Under the pieces are notes generated by a model. It had not been told where the DNA came from and made no database searches. It saw only the letters and a list, made by a program, of their open reading frames with translations. Shown piece after piece: positions 37,177 to 47,165 of a stretch of 64,000 nt of DNA. Positions within the stretch are counted from its first letter, which is position 1. Each line of letters starts with the position of its first letter. The position numbers and the translations under genes are program-made. Origin of the DNA: Clostridia bacterium (lineage in GTDB: Bacteria; Bacillota; Clostridia; Oscillospirales; CAG-272); assembly GCA_017397175.1 (NCBI GenBank), contig JAFQKA010000025.1:7501-71500 (forward strand). The letters run 5' to 3'.

Positions 37177-37704
37177 ATCAGCGCTAAAGAGAAAGACACA
37201 CTTGTCAATGAAGACATTCAGGAAAAGGAGATCCGCCTCGTAGGCGAGGATGGTGAGCAGCTGGGCATCATGTCAAGCGAGCAGGCCCTTGAAATGGCTT
37301 ACAGCAAGGGACTTGACCTTGTAATGATGGCAGCAAAAGCGACCCCCCCTGTATGCCGCATTATGGATTTCGGTAAGTACCGCTTCGATCGTGAGAAGAG
37401 GGAAAAGGAAGCAAAGAAAAAGCAGCAGACGTCCGAACTCAAAGAGGTTCAGCTTTCCTGCCGAATCGATACCCACGATTTCGAGACCAAGGCAAATCAC
37501 GCAAAGAAGTTCCTGGCTCAGGGCAACAAGGTAAGAGCTGTTGTCAAGTTCAGAGGACGTGAGATGAGCCACATGGAGATCGGCCGCGAGATACTTGAAC
37601 GTTTCGCCGCCTATCTTGAGGAAGTGGGAACGGTTGACAAGAAGCCTTCCACAGAGGGAAGATTCATGAGCATGATCGTGGTTCCCTTGAAGCCCGGTAA
37701 ATAA
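37177..37704 (+). CDS. infC: translation initiation factor IF-3 (non-AUG start)
   Basis: IF-3 sequence VNEDIQEKEIRLVGEDGEQLGIM...PPVCRIMDFGKYRF. After SD GGAGG (37163-37167) there is no in-frame ATG, GTG or TTG. Candidate starts are ATC at 37177 (9-nt spacing) or ATA at 37171. Confidence 0.88.
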   Translation: MSAKEKDTLVNEDIQEKEIRLVGEDGEQLGIMSSEQALEMAYSKGLDLVMMAAKATPPVCRIMDFGKYRFDREKREKEAKKKQQTSELKEVQLSCRIDTHDFETKANHAKKFLAQGNKVRAVVKFRGREMSHMEIGREILERFAAYLEEVGTVDKKPSTEGRFMSMIVVPLKPGK

Positions 37705-37790
37705 GCATTTAATTTTGTTCATACTCGACGGCACCTTCGGTGCGAAAGTCGGAAATGATAATAGATTTCATTCGAAAAGGAGATATGAAA

Positions 37791-37985
37791 ATGGGAAAGA
37801 TCAAGACACATAAAGCATCCGCCAAGAGATTCTCGGTTACGGGAAGCGGAAAGGTTAAGCATTACCACAGCCAGCACCGTCATAACCTCGGTCTGAAGGA
37901 CGCAAAGCGCAAGAGATTTCTTCGCGGCAGCTCTTACCTCAGCCCCGCTATGACAGCAAACATCAAGGCTCTTATTCAGAAGTAA
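37791..37985 (+). CDS. rpmI: 50S ribosomal protein L35
   Basis: MGKIKTHKASAKRFSVTGSGKVKH. Trimmed to the second ATG, 8-9 nt after GGAG. Confidence 0.95.
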   Translation: MGKIKTHKASAKRFSVTGSGKVKHYHSQHRHNLGLKDAKRKRFLRGSSYLSPAMTANIKALIQK

Positions 37986-38021
37986 GAGACAACCGTAAAG
38001 AGAACTTAGGAGGATAGAAAA

Positions 38022-38375
38022 ATGGCAAGAATTAAGGGCGCTATGATGACGCGCAAGAGAAGAAATAAGATCCTGAAGGAAGCAAAGGGCTACTGGGGCG
38101 CAAAGAGCAAGCACTTCAAGATGGCTAAGCAGGCCGTAATGAAGAGCGGCAACTACGCTTTTGCAGGCCGTAAGATGAAGAAGAGAGATTTCAGAAGACT
38201 CTGGATCGCTCGTATCTCCGCGCAGGCAAAGGTATGCGGCATGAACTATTCTACATTCATGCACGGCCTTAAGGTTGCGGGCATCGACCTCAACCGTAAG
38301 ATGCTCTCTGAGCTGGCAGTGTCCGATAAGGAAGCATTTGCTGCTCTCGCAGAAAAAGCTAAAGCTGCAAAATAA
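38022..38375 (+). CDS. rplT: 50S ribosomal protein L20
   Basis: [29 protein letters not shown]. Confidence 0.97.
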   Translation: MARIKGAMMTRKRRNKILKEAKGYWGAKSKHFKMAKQAVMKSGNYAFAGRKMKKRDFRRLWIARISAQAKVCGMNYSTFMHGLKVAGIDLNRKMLSELAVSDKEAFAALAEKAKAAK

Positions 38376-38380
38376 TTACA

Positions 38381-38408
38381 AAAAAACCCGGGTTTACCGG
38401 GTTTTTTC
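38381..38408 (+). terminator. intrinsic terminator after rplT
   Basis: AAAAAACCCGG-GUUUA-CCGGGUUUUUU. Confidence 0.85.
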
Positions 38409-38431
38409 TTGAATTTAGAGAGGTGTCAAAA

Positions 38432-39271
38432 ATGCCGTTGGACATAAATTTCTCCCCGGAAATCATCACTTCAAGAGCAAATCCACTGCTTGTAAAAATA
38501 GGCAAATTAGAGGATAAAAAGCACCGCGACGCGGAAAAAATGTTTCGATTTGACGGTGTTAAGCTTTTTTGCGAGGCGGTGATGTGCGGCGCGGAAATTG
38601 AATATGTTTTTGTGCGTGAGAACGCAAAGGAGAAGGTTCTGTCAAGCCTTGAGAGATACCCCGAAACAGCTGAAAAGCTCGGCTGCGTCGGGCGCTTCAT
38701 TCTGCTTTCGGATTCGGCCTTTGATAAAATTTCCCTCGAAAAATCCCCCGAGGGAATAATTTGCGCGGCAAAATATGTTGACAACTTCAAAAAAACTGAT
38801 AAAATAGAAGGAAAAGACATTTCGGGAAAGGCTGTCATCGTACAGTCGGTGCGAGATCCGGGAAACCTTGGAACGATCCTTCGCTGTGCCGATGCTTTCG
38901 GTATCGACCACGTTATTCTGAGTTCGGACTGCGCCGACGTTTTCAGTCCTAAGACCATTCGGGGTGCCATGGGAGCGGTGTTCCGCAAGAGAATGACCGT
39001 ATGCGCCGATCTTTGCGGTACTGTGACGGCTCTGAAGGCGGACGGACGGCGCGTTTTCGCCACCGCTTTGCACCGCGATTCCGCTGAGCTTGGCAGATTT
39101 GACCTTCACCCTGCCGACATTTTCGTTATTGGAAACGAGGGGCACGGAATCACTCCCGAATTGATCTCTGCCTGCGGAGAAACGGTATTTATACCTATGT
39201 GCGGCGGTGCCGAATCGCTCAATGCAGGAGTGGCGGCAGCCATTTGCATGTGGGAAATATCTAAGCTTTAA
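38432..39271 (+). CDS. TrmH/SpoU family RNA 2'-O-methyltransferase
   Basis: I prefer the ATG at 38432 over the track GTG at 38423. Motifs VRDPGNLGTILRCADAFG, FVIGNEGHGI and ESLNAGVAAAI. Confidence 0.8.
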   Translation: MPLDINFSPEIITSRANPLLVKIGKLEDKKHRDAEKMFRFDGVKLFCEAVMCGAEIEYVFVRENAKEKVLSSLERYPETAEKLGCVGRFILLSDSAFDKISLEKSPEGIICAAKYVDNFKKTDKIEGKDISGKAVIVQSVRDPGNLGTILRCADAFGIDHVILSSDCADVFSPKTIRGAMGAVFRKRMTVCADLCGTVTALKADGRRVFATALHRDSAELGRFDLHPADIFVIGNEGHGITPELISACGETVFIPMCGGAESLNAGVAAAICMWEISKL

Positions 39272-39285
39272 GGAGGCCTTGGGCT

Positions 39286-40590
39286 ATGAATAACGGAACG
39301 CTGTATTGGATATGGCTCGCCCAGAAGCTGGGCGCGGGCAACCGCTATCTTCCGTATCTTATGGAAAGATATTCGGACGCTTTTGAGGTGTTCCGCGCGG
39401 ATGCCGAGGAGCTTTTTGACACGGAGATCCCCGAGAAGCTGCAGGAGGCTCTTTCAGACAAAAATCTCGATGAGGCACTTGCTATCAGCGATTATTGCAC
39501 CAAGCTTCGCATAGGTATCCTGACCTACCACAGTGAGCTTTATCCCGCAGGTCTCCGCAAGATCAAGAATCCTCCCGCTGTTCTTTATTTCAGAGGACGG
39601 ATGCCCGATCTGTCAAAATATGTTTCAATTTCCGTCGTCGGCACGAGAACCACCAGCGAATACGGAAAGTGTGCAGGGTATAAAATAGCATATGAGCTGG
39701 CTTCTGCCGGCGTTTGCATCGTCAGCGGAATGGCGCTCGGATCCGATTCCGTAGCCGCCTGCGCGGCAATCGAGGCAGGTGCGCCTACCATTGCGGTGCT
39801 CGGCAGCGGCGTTGACGTAATTTATCCCCCTGAGCACGCGACACTTTATCGGAAGATCATAGAACACGGTGCGGTTATTTCCGAATATCCGCCCACGTCT
39901 CGGCCCGATGGCTCCAATTTTCCGAAAAGAAACCGAATTATCAGCGGTATCAGCATGGGAGCTCTGGTAATCGAAGGCGATATGCGAAGCGGTGCGCTTA
40001 TAACCGCGGAGCATGCCATGGAGCAGGGAAAGGATATTTTTGCCCTGCCGGGAAATATCAATTCAAAAAATGCCGAGGGTACCAACGCACTTTTGCGTGA
40101 CGGCGCCGATCTTGTGCTTGAAGCATCCGATATTCTGGACCGCTATTCTCTTTATCATTCAAACAAGCTTGATTTTGCAAGGCTCAGCCGCGCAAGAGAA
40201 CGTTCAAACGTAAGCGATGAGATACTTTCGCGTTATGGCGTGTGCTTTGGGGTAAGCCGCGAGGAGAGGAGATCCGAAAAGCAAGCTCCCGCTCGCAGAG
40301 CACCCGTGAAGCGAGCCGACGCCGAACAAAAGCAAAGGCTCGAAACAGTAGAGGAAAAGGCAATTTCGGAAAATGCACCCGCAGCGGCTTCCGTCGATGC
40401 CAAGGTCATTAACACATTGCCCGAAAAGTACAGAGAAATTTTCGGCTCTATTCCGGATGGCAGACCCGTTTCCTTTGACGAGGTGCTGGCCGTCTGCAAG
40501 ACGCCCGGAGAGGCAATGAGCGCCCTGACCTTCCTTGAGATCAAGGGAGTTATCAGCTCACTTCCCGGCGGTTATTATCTGAAAAACTGA
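39286..40590 (+). CDS. dprA: DNA-processing protein DprA
   Basis: 434 aa. ISVVGTRTTSEYG, GMALGSDS and PKRNRIISG, plus a C-terminal winged-helix-like tail. Confidence 0.9.
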   Translation: MNNGTLYWIWLAQKLGAGNRYLPYLMERYSDAFEVFRADAEELFDTEIPEKLQEALSDKNLDEALAISDYCTKLRIGILTYHSELYPAGLRKIKNPPAVLYFRGRMPDLSKYVSISVVGTRTTSEYGKCAGYKIAYELASAGVCIVSGMALGSDSVAACAAIEAGAPTIAVLGSGVDVIYPPEHATLYRKIIEHGAVISEYPPTSRPDGSNFPKRNRIISGISMGALVIEGDMRSGALITAEHAMEQGKDIFALPGNINSKNAEGTNALLRDGADLVLEASDILDRYSLYHSNKLDFARLSRARERSNVSDEILSRYGVCFGVSREERRSEKQAPARRAPVKRADAEQKQRLETVEEKAISENAPAAASVDAKVINTLPEKYREIFGSIPDGRPVSFDEVLAVCKTPGEAMSALTFLEIKGVISSLPGGYYLKN

Positions 40591-40628
40591 CTGCGTGTAC
40601 GCAAATCAAAGAAAGGAATATACAATCA

Positions 40629-42896
40629 ATGGCAAATCTTGTAATCGTGGAATCTCCGTCAAAGGCTAACACCATAAAGGGTTACCTTGGCTCAAATTAT
40701 AAAGTTATCGCGTCTAAAGGTCACGTCCGTGATCTGCCCAAGAGCACTCTTGGCGTTGATATCGAGGGTGGCTTTGAGGCGCACTACATCAACATCAGAG
40801 GTAAGGGCGATCTTATCAAGAGCATAAAGAAGGACGCAAAAAACGCCAATAAAGTCTTTCTTGCAACCGACCCCGACCGTGAGGGCGAGGCAATTTCCTG
40901 GCATCTTGCAAACGCCCTCGGTATACCTGTGGAAAAGACCCGCAGAGTAACATTTAACGAGATCACAAAGACTGCCATCAAGGCGGCAATAAAAAATCCC
41001 CGCAATATCGACATGGATCTTGTAAACTCACAGCAGGCGAGAAGGATCCTTGACAGAATCGTGGGATATAAGCTGTCCCCTCTGCTCTGGAAGAGCGTAA
41101 AGAGCGGTCTCAGCGCAGGACGCGTTCAGTCGGTGGCGACACGAATCATCGTTGAGCGCGAGGAGGAGATCAAGGCGTTCGTGCCCGTTGAATATTGGAC
41201 TATCGACGCGCTTCTGTCTTCCGATGACGGCAGAAGCTTCAAGGCGTCATTCTACGGTAATGAAAATGGCAGGATCAAGCCTGCCTCGGAGGGGGAAACA
41301 AAGAAGATCCTTGATGCTATCGAGGGTAAGACCTTCAATACTCGTTCCGTAAAGCGCGCAACAAGACACAGAAACGCCACACCTCCTTTCACTACCTCCA
41401 CCATGCAGCAGGAAGCCTCCAAAAAGCTGGGATTCCAGTCTGCGCGAATTATGAAGGTGGCGCAGGAGCTTTACGAGGGTATCAATATCGGCGCCGAGAA
41501 CGGCGGTGTGCAGGGTCTTATTACCTACATGAGAACAGACTCTCTCCGCATTTCCGCCGACGCACAGGAAGCGGCAAAGAGCTATATTACGGATAAGTTC
41601 GGAAAAGAATACTATCCCGCAACGCCCCACGTGTATAAGTCCAATTCCAACTCTCAGGACGCTCACGAGGCAATTCGTCCCTCGGACGTTACCATTGAGC
41701 CTTCAAAGATCAAAAAGTACCTGACTCCCGATCAGTTCAAGCTCTATAAGCTTATCTGGGAGCGCTTTGTCGCCAGCCAGATGGAGAGCGCAGAGCTGAA
41801 TACCGTTGTTGCGGAATTTGAGTGCGCTTCCTATATTTTCAAGACCAGCGGATATACCGTGACCTTCCCCGGTTATATGGTAGTTTATGACGAGGGCGAG
41901 GAAGAAAAGAAGCACAAGGACGGCGAGGAGGAGATGGAAAACCTCTGCCTGCCCGAGATCAAGCAGGGTGAGACGCTGAAAAGCGATAAGATAGATCCCG
42001 CGCGTCATTTTACAGAGCCCCCCGCAAGATACACCGAGGCGTCCCTTATCAAATTCCTTGAAGAAAAGGGAATCGGACGTCCTTCTACCTATACACCTAT
42101 AATTACCACTATTTTGGCGAGAAATTACGTTGCAAGAGACGGAAAATCCCTTGTTCCCACACCCCTGGGTGAGGTGACCAACCGCCTCATGTGTGAGCAG
42201 TTCCCCGAGATCGTGGACTATAAGTTTACCGCCGAGATGGAGGACGATCTTGACGAGATCGAAAGCGGAAAGACCGAAATGAAATCGGTTCTCGACGAGT
42301 TCTACCGCGATTTTTCCGAGAAGCTTGCCCATGCCGAGGAGACCATCAAGGAAAAGCAGTATGAGCTTCCTGTTGAGGAGACTGATATTATCTGCGATAA
42401 GTGCGGCTCGAAGATGGTTATCAAGTCGGGTAAGTTCGGCAAGTTTGCCGCTTGTCCCGCATACCCCAAGTGCCGTAACACCAAGCCTCTCATAGCTCCC
42501 GAAAAGGTTGAGGAGAAGAAAGAGGTCATAGCCGACTGCAAGTGCGAAAAGTGCGGCGCGGATATGGTGGTGCGCAACGGAAGATTCGGAAGTTTCCTTG
42601 CTTGCAGCCGTTATCCCGAATGTGATTTCACAAAGCAAAAGACAAGAGATATCGGCGTTGCCTGTCCCGACTGCGGCAGTAAGATCGTCACAAAATACGG
42701 ACGTAACCGCACCGTGTTCTTCAGCTGTGAAAAGTACCCCGAATGTCAGTTCTCCTCCTGGGATATGCCCACAGAGGAAAAATGTCCCGACTGCGGCAAG
42801 ATGCTCTTTAAAAAGAAGGGCAAGCAGCTCCTGATCTGCCACGACAAGGAGTGCGGATACAAAAGAGAAGCAACAGATATTGAAGGCGAAGAATGA
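40629..42896 (+). CDS. topA: DNA topoisomerase I
   Basis: 755 aa. [16 protein letters not shown], catalytic-Tyr region [10 protein letters not shown], and four C-terminal C4 zinc ribbons. Confidence 0.97.
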   Translation: MANLVIVESPSKANTIKGYLGSNYKVIASKGHVRDLPKSTLGVDIEGGFEAHYINIRGKGDLIKSIKKDAKNANKVFLATDPDREGEAISWHLANALGIPVEKTRRVTFNEITKTAIKAAIKNPRNIDMDLVNSQQARRILDRIVGYKLSPLLWKSVKSGLSAGRVQSVATRIIVEREEEIKAFVPVEYWTIDALLSSDDGRSFKASFYGNENGRIKPASEGETKKILDAIEGKTFNTRSVKRATRHRNATPPFTTSTMQQEASKKLGFQSARIMKVAQELYEGINIGAENGGVQGLITYMRTDSLRISADAQEAAKSYITDKFGKEYYPATPHVYKSNSNSQDAHEAIRPSDVTIEPSKIKKYLTPDQFKLYKLIWERFVASQMESAELNTVVAEFECASYIFKTSGYTVTFPGYMVVYDEGEEEKKHKDGEEEMENLCLPEIKQGETLKSDKIDPARHFTEPPARYTEASLIKFLEEKGIGRPSTYTPIITTILARNYVARDGKSLVPTPLGEVTNRLMCEQFPEIVDYKFTAEMEDDLDEIESGKTEMKSVLDEFYRDFSEKLAHAEETIKEKQYELPVEETDIICDKCGSKMVIKSGKFGKFAACPAYPKCRNTKPLIAPEKVEEKKEVIADCKCEKCGADMVVRNGRFGSFLACSRYPECDFTKQKTRDIGVACPDCGSKIVTKYGRNRTVFFSCEKYPECQFSSWDMPTEEKCPDCGKMLFKKKGKQLLICHDKECGYKREATDIEGEE

Positions 42897-44233
42897 TGAA
42901 GCCGACTGTAAATATAATCGGCGCAGGACTGGCGGGCAGTGAAGCGGCGTGGCAGGCGGCAAGACTTGGCGCGCACGTTCGTCTTTATGAAATGAAGCCC
43001 GAAAAGTTTTCACCCGCCCACCATTCCCACGGCTTTGCGGAGCTTGTTTGCTCCAACTCTCTGCGCTCGGATTGCACCTCAAACGCAGTGGGATTGCTCA
43101 AGGAGGAGCTTCGCCGCATGGGCTCGCTCATAATGGAGGCGGCAGATGCCACCCGCGTTCCCGCAGGCTCGGCTCTGGCGGTGGACAGAGAAAAATTCTC
43201 TGCTTACGTTACCGAAAAGATAAAAAATCACCCGGATATTGAGGTGATCTCAAAGGAAATGACAGAGCCCGAGGAGGGAATAACCGTTATAGCAAGCGGA
43301 CCTCTCACATCAGATGCTCTGGCACAGTATATAGCCGAGACGCTGGGCTGTCAGGGACTTCATTTCTTTGACGCGGCGGCACCTATCGTTGATTTTGAGT
43401 CTATAAATATGGACACGGCGTTTTTTGCGTCGCGCTACGATAAAGGCGATCCCGATTACATCAACTGCCCCATGACCCGTGAGCAATACGATGCCTTTTA
43501 TGAGGCACTGATTTCTGCGCGCGAGGCTGAGCTGAAGGATTTTGACCGGGAAAGTCAGAAGGATCTGACGGTTTTTGAGGGCTGTATGCCCGTTGAAGTC
43601 ATGGCAAAGCGCGGACACGACACCCTGCTTTTCGGTCCTCTCAAGCCCGTAGGGCTGGTAGACCCGAGAACAGGCGAGGAATCCTATGCGGTGGTACAGC
43701 TCAGAAAGGAAAACCTTGAGGGTACCATGTTCAATTTGGTGGGATTCCAGACCCATTTGGCATTTGATGAGCAGAGAAGGGTCTTTCGCATGATCCCCGG
43801 ACTTGAAAACGCACAGTTTTTGCGCTATGGCGTTATGCACAGGAACACCTTTATAAATTCCCCCGGGGTTCTCAACGAAAAATATCAGCTCCAAAAGAAG
43901 CCCGAGCTTTATTTTGCGGGACAGATGACTGGAGTTGAAGGCTATATCGAGTCGGCAGGCTCGGGATTTGTGGCGGGAATCAATGCGGCAAAAGCGGCAC
44001 TTAAAAAGGACGCAGTCGTTTTCCCCGAGACCACGATGATAGGAGCCATGGCGGCTTACGTCAGCCGCGGAAGCACGGGTAAATTCCAACCCATGAACGC
44101 AAATTTCGGCATAATCGAGCCGCTGGGTTACAGAGTTAAGGGCGGGAAGACCGCCAAAAACGAGGCACTTGCCGCGCGGTCTCTTGAGATCATCGACGGC
44201 ATTTGCAAATCGGATATTTTTGATAATTCTTGA
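42893..44233 (+). CDS. trmFO: methylenetetrahydrofolate-tRNA-(uracil54-C5)-methyltransferase
   Basis: 446 aa. [14 protein letters not shown] and LVCSNSLR. dprA-topA-trmFO synteny. Confidence 0.95.
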   Translation: MMKPTVNIIGAGLAGSEAAWQAARLGAHVRLYEMKPEKFSPAHHSHGFAELVCSNSLRSDCTSNAVGLLKEELRRMGSLIMEAADATRVPAGSALAVDREKFSAYVTEKIKNHPDIEVISKEMTEPEEGITVIASGPLTSDALAQYIAETLGCQGLHFFDAAAPIVDFESINMDTAFFASRYDKGDPDYINCPMTREQYDAFYEALISAREAELKDFDRESQKDLTVFEGCMPVEVMAKRGHDTLLFGPLKPVGLVDPRTGEESYAVVQLRKENLEGTMFNLVGFQTHLAFDEQRRVFRMIPGLENAQFLRYGVMHRNTFINSPGVLNEKYQLQKKPELYFAGQMTGVEGYIESAGSGFVAGINAAKAALKKDAVVFPETTMIGAMAAYVSRGSTGKFQPMNANFGIIEPLGYRVKGGKTAKNEALAARSLEIIDGICKSDIFDNS

Positions 44234-44262
44234 AAGGAACGCCCACAGGGCAGGTCGAAAAA

Positions 44263-45285
44263 ATGAAGATTATTGTTGACGTAATGGGCGGAGACAACGC
44301 CCCTCTTGAGCTTGTAAAGGGCGCGTGCCGCGCATACGAGGATACGGGCGTGGATCTGCTTTTGGTAGGCAATAAGGAGGAGATCGAGCGTGTTGCCGAA
44401 CAGGAAAAGCTGGATATCAGCCATTTTGAGATCCTTGATGCAAAAGAGACGGTGGAAATGACAGACGACCCGCTCATGGTAGTCCGTAAGAAGACCGAAA
44501 GTTCGATGATAAAAGGACTTTACGCTCTTGCTCACGGCGAGGGTGATGCCTTTGTCAGCACGGGAAACACGGGTGCGCTGTTCACATCGGCTACTCTTGT
44601 TGTCCGTCGTATAAAGGGCGTCAAGCGTGCGGGTATCGGAACCGTTCTTCCTCTGAAAAATCCCGTTCTGCTGCTTGATTCGGGCGCAAACGTGGTAGTG
44701 GAGCCGGAATATCTTGAAACCTTTGCCGTAATGGGATCTATTTATATGAAGTCGATCTTCGGCATTGAAAATCCCCGTGTGGGACTGCTCAATAACGGCA
44801 GTGAGGAGTGCAAGGGAACAGAGCTTCAGATAGCAGCGTATGAGCTTCTTTCAAAGAACGAAAATATCAATTTTGTCGGCAATATCGAGGGTAACAGCCT
44901 GTCAGCCGACACTTGTGACGTCATTGTTACGGACGGCTTTACCGGCAATATACTTATCAAGACCATCGAGGGTATGGGCAAGCTCCTGCTCGGCTCTCTC
45001 AAGGACGTTTTCATGGCAAACGCGAAGACCAAAATTTCCTCTTTGCTTGTGAAAAAACAGCTTGGAGCCATGAAGAAGAAATTTGATTCCTCCGAGTACG
45101 GCGGAGCTCCCTTCCTGGGACTTCGCAAGCCCGTTATCAAGGCTCACGGAAACTCAAAAGCAAAGGCGTTTGCAAGTGCTATCAAGCAGGCCGTAGGCTT
45201 TGCCGAGGTTGGGCTTGCGGAAAAGACGGTGGACGGGATCGCTCAGCTAAAGGCCGGCGGCGAAAAAGACGCCGATGCCGAGTAA
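44263..45285 (+). CDS. plsX: phosphate acyltransferase PlsX
   Basis: Trimmed to MKIIVDVMGGDNAP at 44263. Confidence 0.93.
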   Translation: MKIIVDVMGGDNAPLELVKGACRAYEDTGVDLLLVGNKEEIERVAEQEKLDISHFEILDAKETVEMTDDPLMVVRKKTESSMIKGLYALAHGEGDAFVSTGNTGALFTSATLVVRRIKGVKRAGIGTVLPLKNPVLLLDSGANVVVEPEYLETFAVMGSIYMKSIFGIENPRVGLLNNGSEECKGTELQIAAYELLSKNENINFVGNIEGNSLSADTCDVIVTDGFTGNILIKTIEGMGKLLLGSLKDVFMANAKTKISSLLVKKQLGAMKKKFDSSEYGGAPFLGLRKPVIKAHGNSKAKAFASAIKQAVGFAEVGLAEKTVDGIAQLKAGGEKDADAE

Positions 45286-45308
45286 TTTAAATTTATTTGG
45301 AGATAAAA

Positions 45309-46025
45309 ATGCAGGAAAAACCTTACGATAAAAAGGAACTTGAAGCGTCGTTGGGATATACATTCAACGATATTTCTATCCTTGAAACGGCGCTGACCCA
45401 TTCCTCTTATTCAAACGAGCTGAAGCTGAAGCATATTGAAAGCGAATGTAACGAGAGACTTGAATTTCTCGGGGATTCGGCGCTTTCGATCATTGTCAGC
45501 GAGTATCTTTACGGCCATTATTCAAGGCGCCCCGAGGGCGAGCTGACCAAAATGCGCGCGGCGGTGGTCTGTGAGGACGCGTTGTCGAAATTTGCCGAAA
45601 AGATCGACCTTGGCAGCTATCTTCTCCTTGGCCGCGGCGAGGAAAAAAACAACGGCCGTCGGAGAAAATCCATTACGGCAGACGCCTTTGAGGCGGTGCT
45701 GGCGGCGATCTATCTTGATGCGGGAAAATACGGAAAAGCCATGGTGTCCAGATTCGTGCTTCCGTTCATTATCGAGGAACTGAGACAGTTTGAAAACGAC
45801 GGTATCCACAAGGATTACAAGACCTTGTTGCAGCAGATAGTTCAGCAGGCGGAGGGCGAAAAGCTCGAATACGTTACGGTGGGCGAAAGCGGCCCCGACC
45901 ACGATAAGCGTTTTGAGGTTGAGGCACGCCTTAACAGTAACGTGATCGGACGAGGTGTCGGACGCTCCAAGCGACAGGCGGAACAGCTTGCCGCATCCGA
46001 GGCAATAAAGCTTTTCGGAGAATAA
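45309..46025 (+). CDS. rnc: ribonuclease III
   Basis: NERLEFLGDSAL signature and a C-terminal dsRBD. ATG at 45309 after GGAGA. Confidence 0.95.
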   Translation: MQEKPYDKKELEASLGYTFNDISILETALTHSSYSNELKLKHIESECNERLEFLGDSALSIIVSEYLYGHYSRRPEGELTKMRAAVVCEDALSKFAEKIDLGSYLLLGRGEEKNNGRRRKSITADAFEAVLAAIYLDAGKYGKAMVSRFVLPFIIEELRQFENDGIHKDYKTLLQQIVQQAEGEKLEYVTVGESGPDHDKRFEVEARLNSNVIGRGVGRSKRQAEQLAASEAIKLFGE

Positions 46026-46100
46026 ATTATAAAAAACGCCGGGCGTATGCCCGGCAAAAACTCTTTTTTTGGCGCAAAAAAATGTGGAAGGGAGAAGGAA

Positions 46101-47165
46101 ATGAAGCCGCAAAAGCACGCAAATATTCCGATTTTCATACCCCATCTGGGCTGTCCCAACAACTGCGTTTTCTGCAATCAACGCTCAATTTCCGGACACC
46201 TTGATTTTGACGCGGAAACAGTGCGCGATGAGATCGAAAACGCACTTGCTACCATTGGCGAAAGAGACGCGGAGATCGCCTTTTTCGGCGGATCCTTTAC
46301 GGGGATCGACCGCTCCTTAATGCTTTATCTTTTGGGGGTTGCAAAAGAGTATGTAAGCAGCGGAAAGGTAAGCGGGATAAGGCTTTCCACCCGTCCCGAC
46401 TACATTGACCGAGAGATACTTGACATACTGAGATCCCACGGGGTCACCGCTGTTGAGCTTGGGCTTCAGAGTATGTGCGATCACGTTCTTTCATCTACAA
46501 AAAGAGGTCACGACAGCGCGTGCGCCGAGCGAGCTTGCAACCTTGTAAAGGAATACGAATTTGAATTGGTTGGACAGATGATGATAGGTCTGCCCGAGTC
46601 CACTCTGCCCGACGAAATATACACCGCAAATAAGCTCTGCGAAATGGGCGTTGACGCGGTGCGCGTCTATCCCACGGTGGTCTTTTGCGACACCGAGCTT
46701 GAGGAGATGACAGAGCGAGGTGATTATACCCCCATAACAAACGGGGAAGCGGTCTTACGCACAAAAGAGGTTCTGAAGATCTTCGACCAACGGGGAGTAA
46801 AATGCCTGCGGGTAGGGCTTTGCGCCTCGGAAAACCTGTCAAGTGACGAAGCTGTGGTGGGGGGCGCAAATCACAGTGCCATAGGCGAGCTTGCCATGGG
46901 CGAGGTCTTTTTTGACAGGCTCTGCGAGGAGCTTGACAGCCGGGCAGATCAGCTTTTGCCGGGTGTAAAAATCGACATTTTCGTGCCTCGGGGAGCGACC
47001 TCAAAGGCGGTGGGACAGCAAAAAAAGAACCTTTTGCGTCTGCAGCAAAAATATTTTCAAAAAAATGGCATAAAAGCCGTTAAAATTCATGAAATCGACA
47101 CACTTTTAGGGTATAATATTAAAATTAAAATAGAAGGCAACGGAGGAGACCCCCAGTGTACTTAA
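46101..47165 (+). CDS. radical SAM protein (ELP3-like family)
   Basis: IPIFIPHLGCPNNCVFCNQ (CxxxCxxC). ATG at 46101 after GGGAGAAGGA. The track start at 46047 lies inside the hairpin that follows rnc. Confidence 0.8.
   Translation: MKPQKHANIPIFIPHLGCPNNCVFCNQRSISGHLDFDAETVRDEIENALATIGERDAEIAFFGGSFTGIDRSLMLYLLGVAKEYVSSGKVSGIRLSTRPDYIDREILDILRSHGVTAVELGLQSMCDHVLSSTKRGHDSACAERACNLVKEYEFELVGQMMIGLPESTLPDEIYTANKLCEMGVDAVRVYPTVVFCDTELEEMTERGDYTPITNGEAVLRTKEVLKIFDQRGVKCLRVGLCASENLSSDEAVVGGANHSAIGELAMGEVFFDRLCEELDSRADQLLPGVKIDIFVPRGATSKAVGQQKKNLLRLQQKYFQKNGIKAVKIHEIDTLLGYNIKIKIEGNGGDPQCT

Noticed and set aside
41703-43082. 459-aa ORF on the minus strand
   Set aside because: It is entirely antisense to topA/trmFO, which have unmistakable motifs. 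It has no SD, and its Leu/Ser/Gly/Ala-rich, low-complexity translation is typical of the shadow frame of a biased-codon gene.
46038-46055. Hairpin after rnc as a plus-strand intrinsic terminator
   Set aside because: The stem is good, but the U-run on the plus strand is 5 nt away, and the better U-run is on the empty minus strand. I have not called it as a feature.
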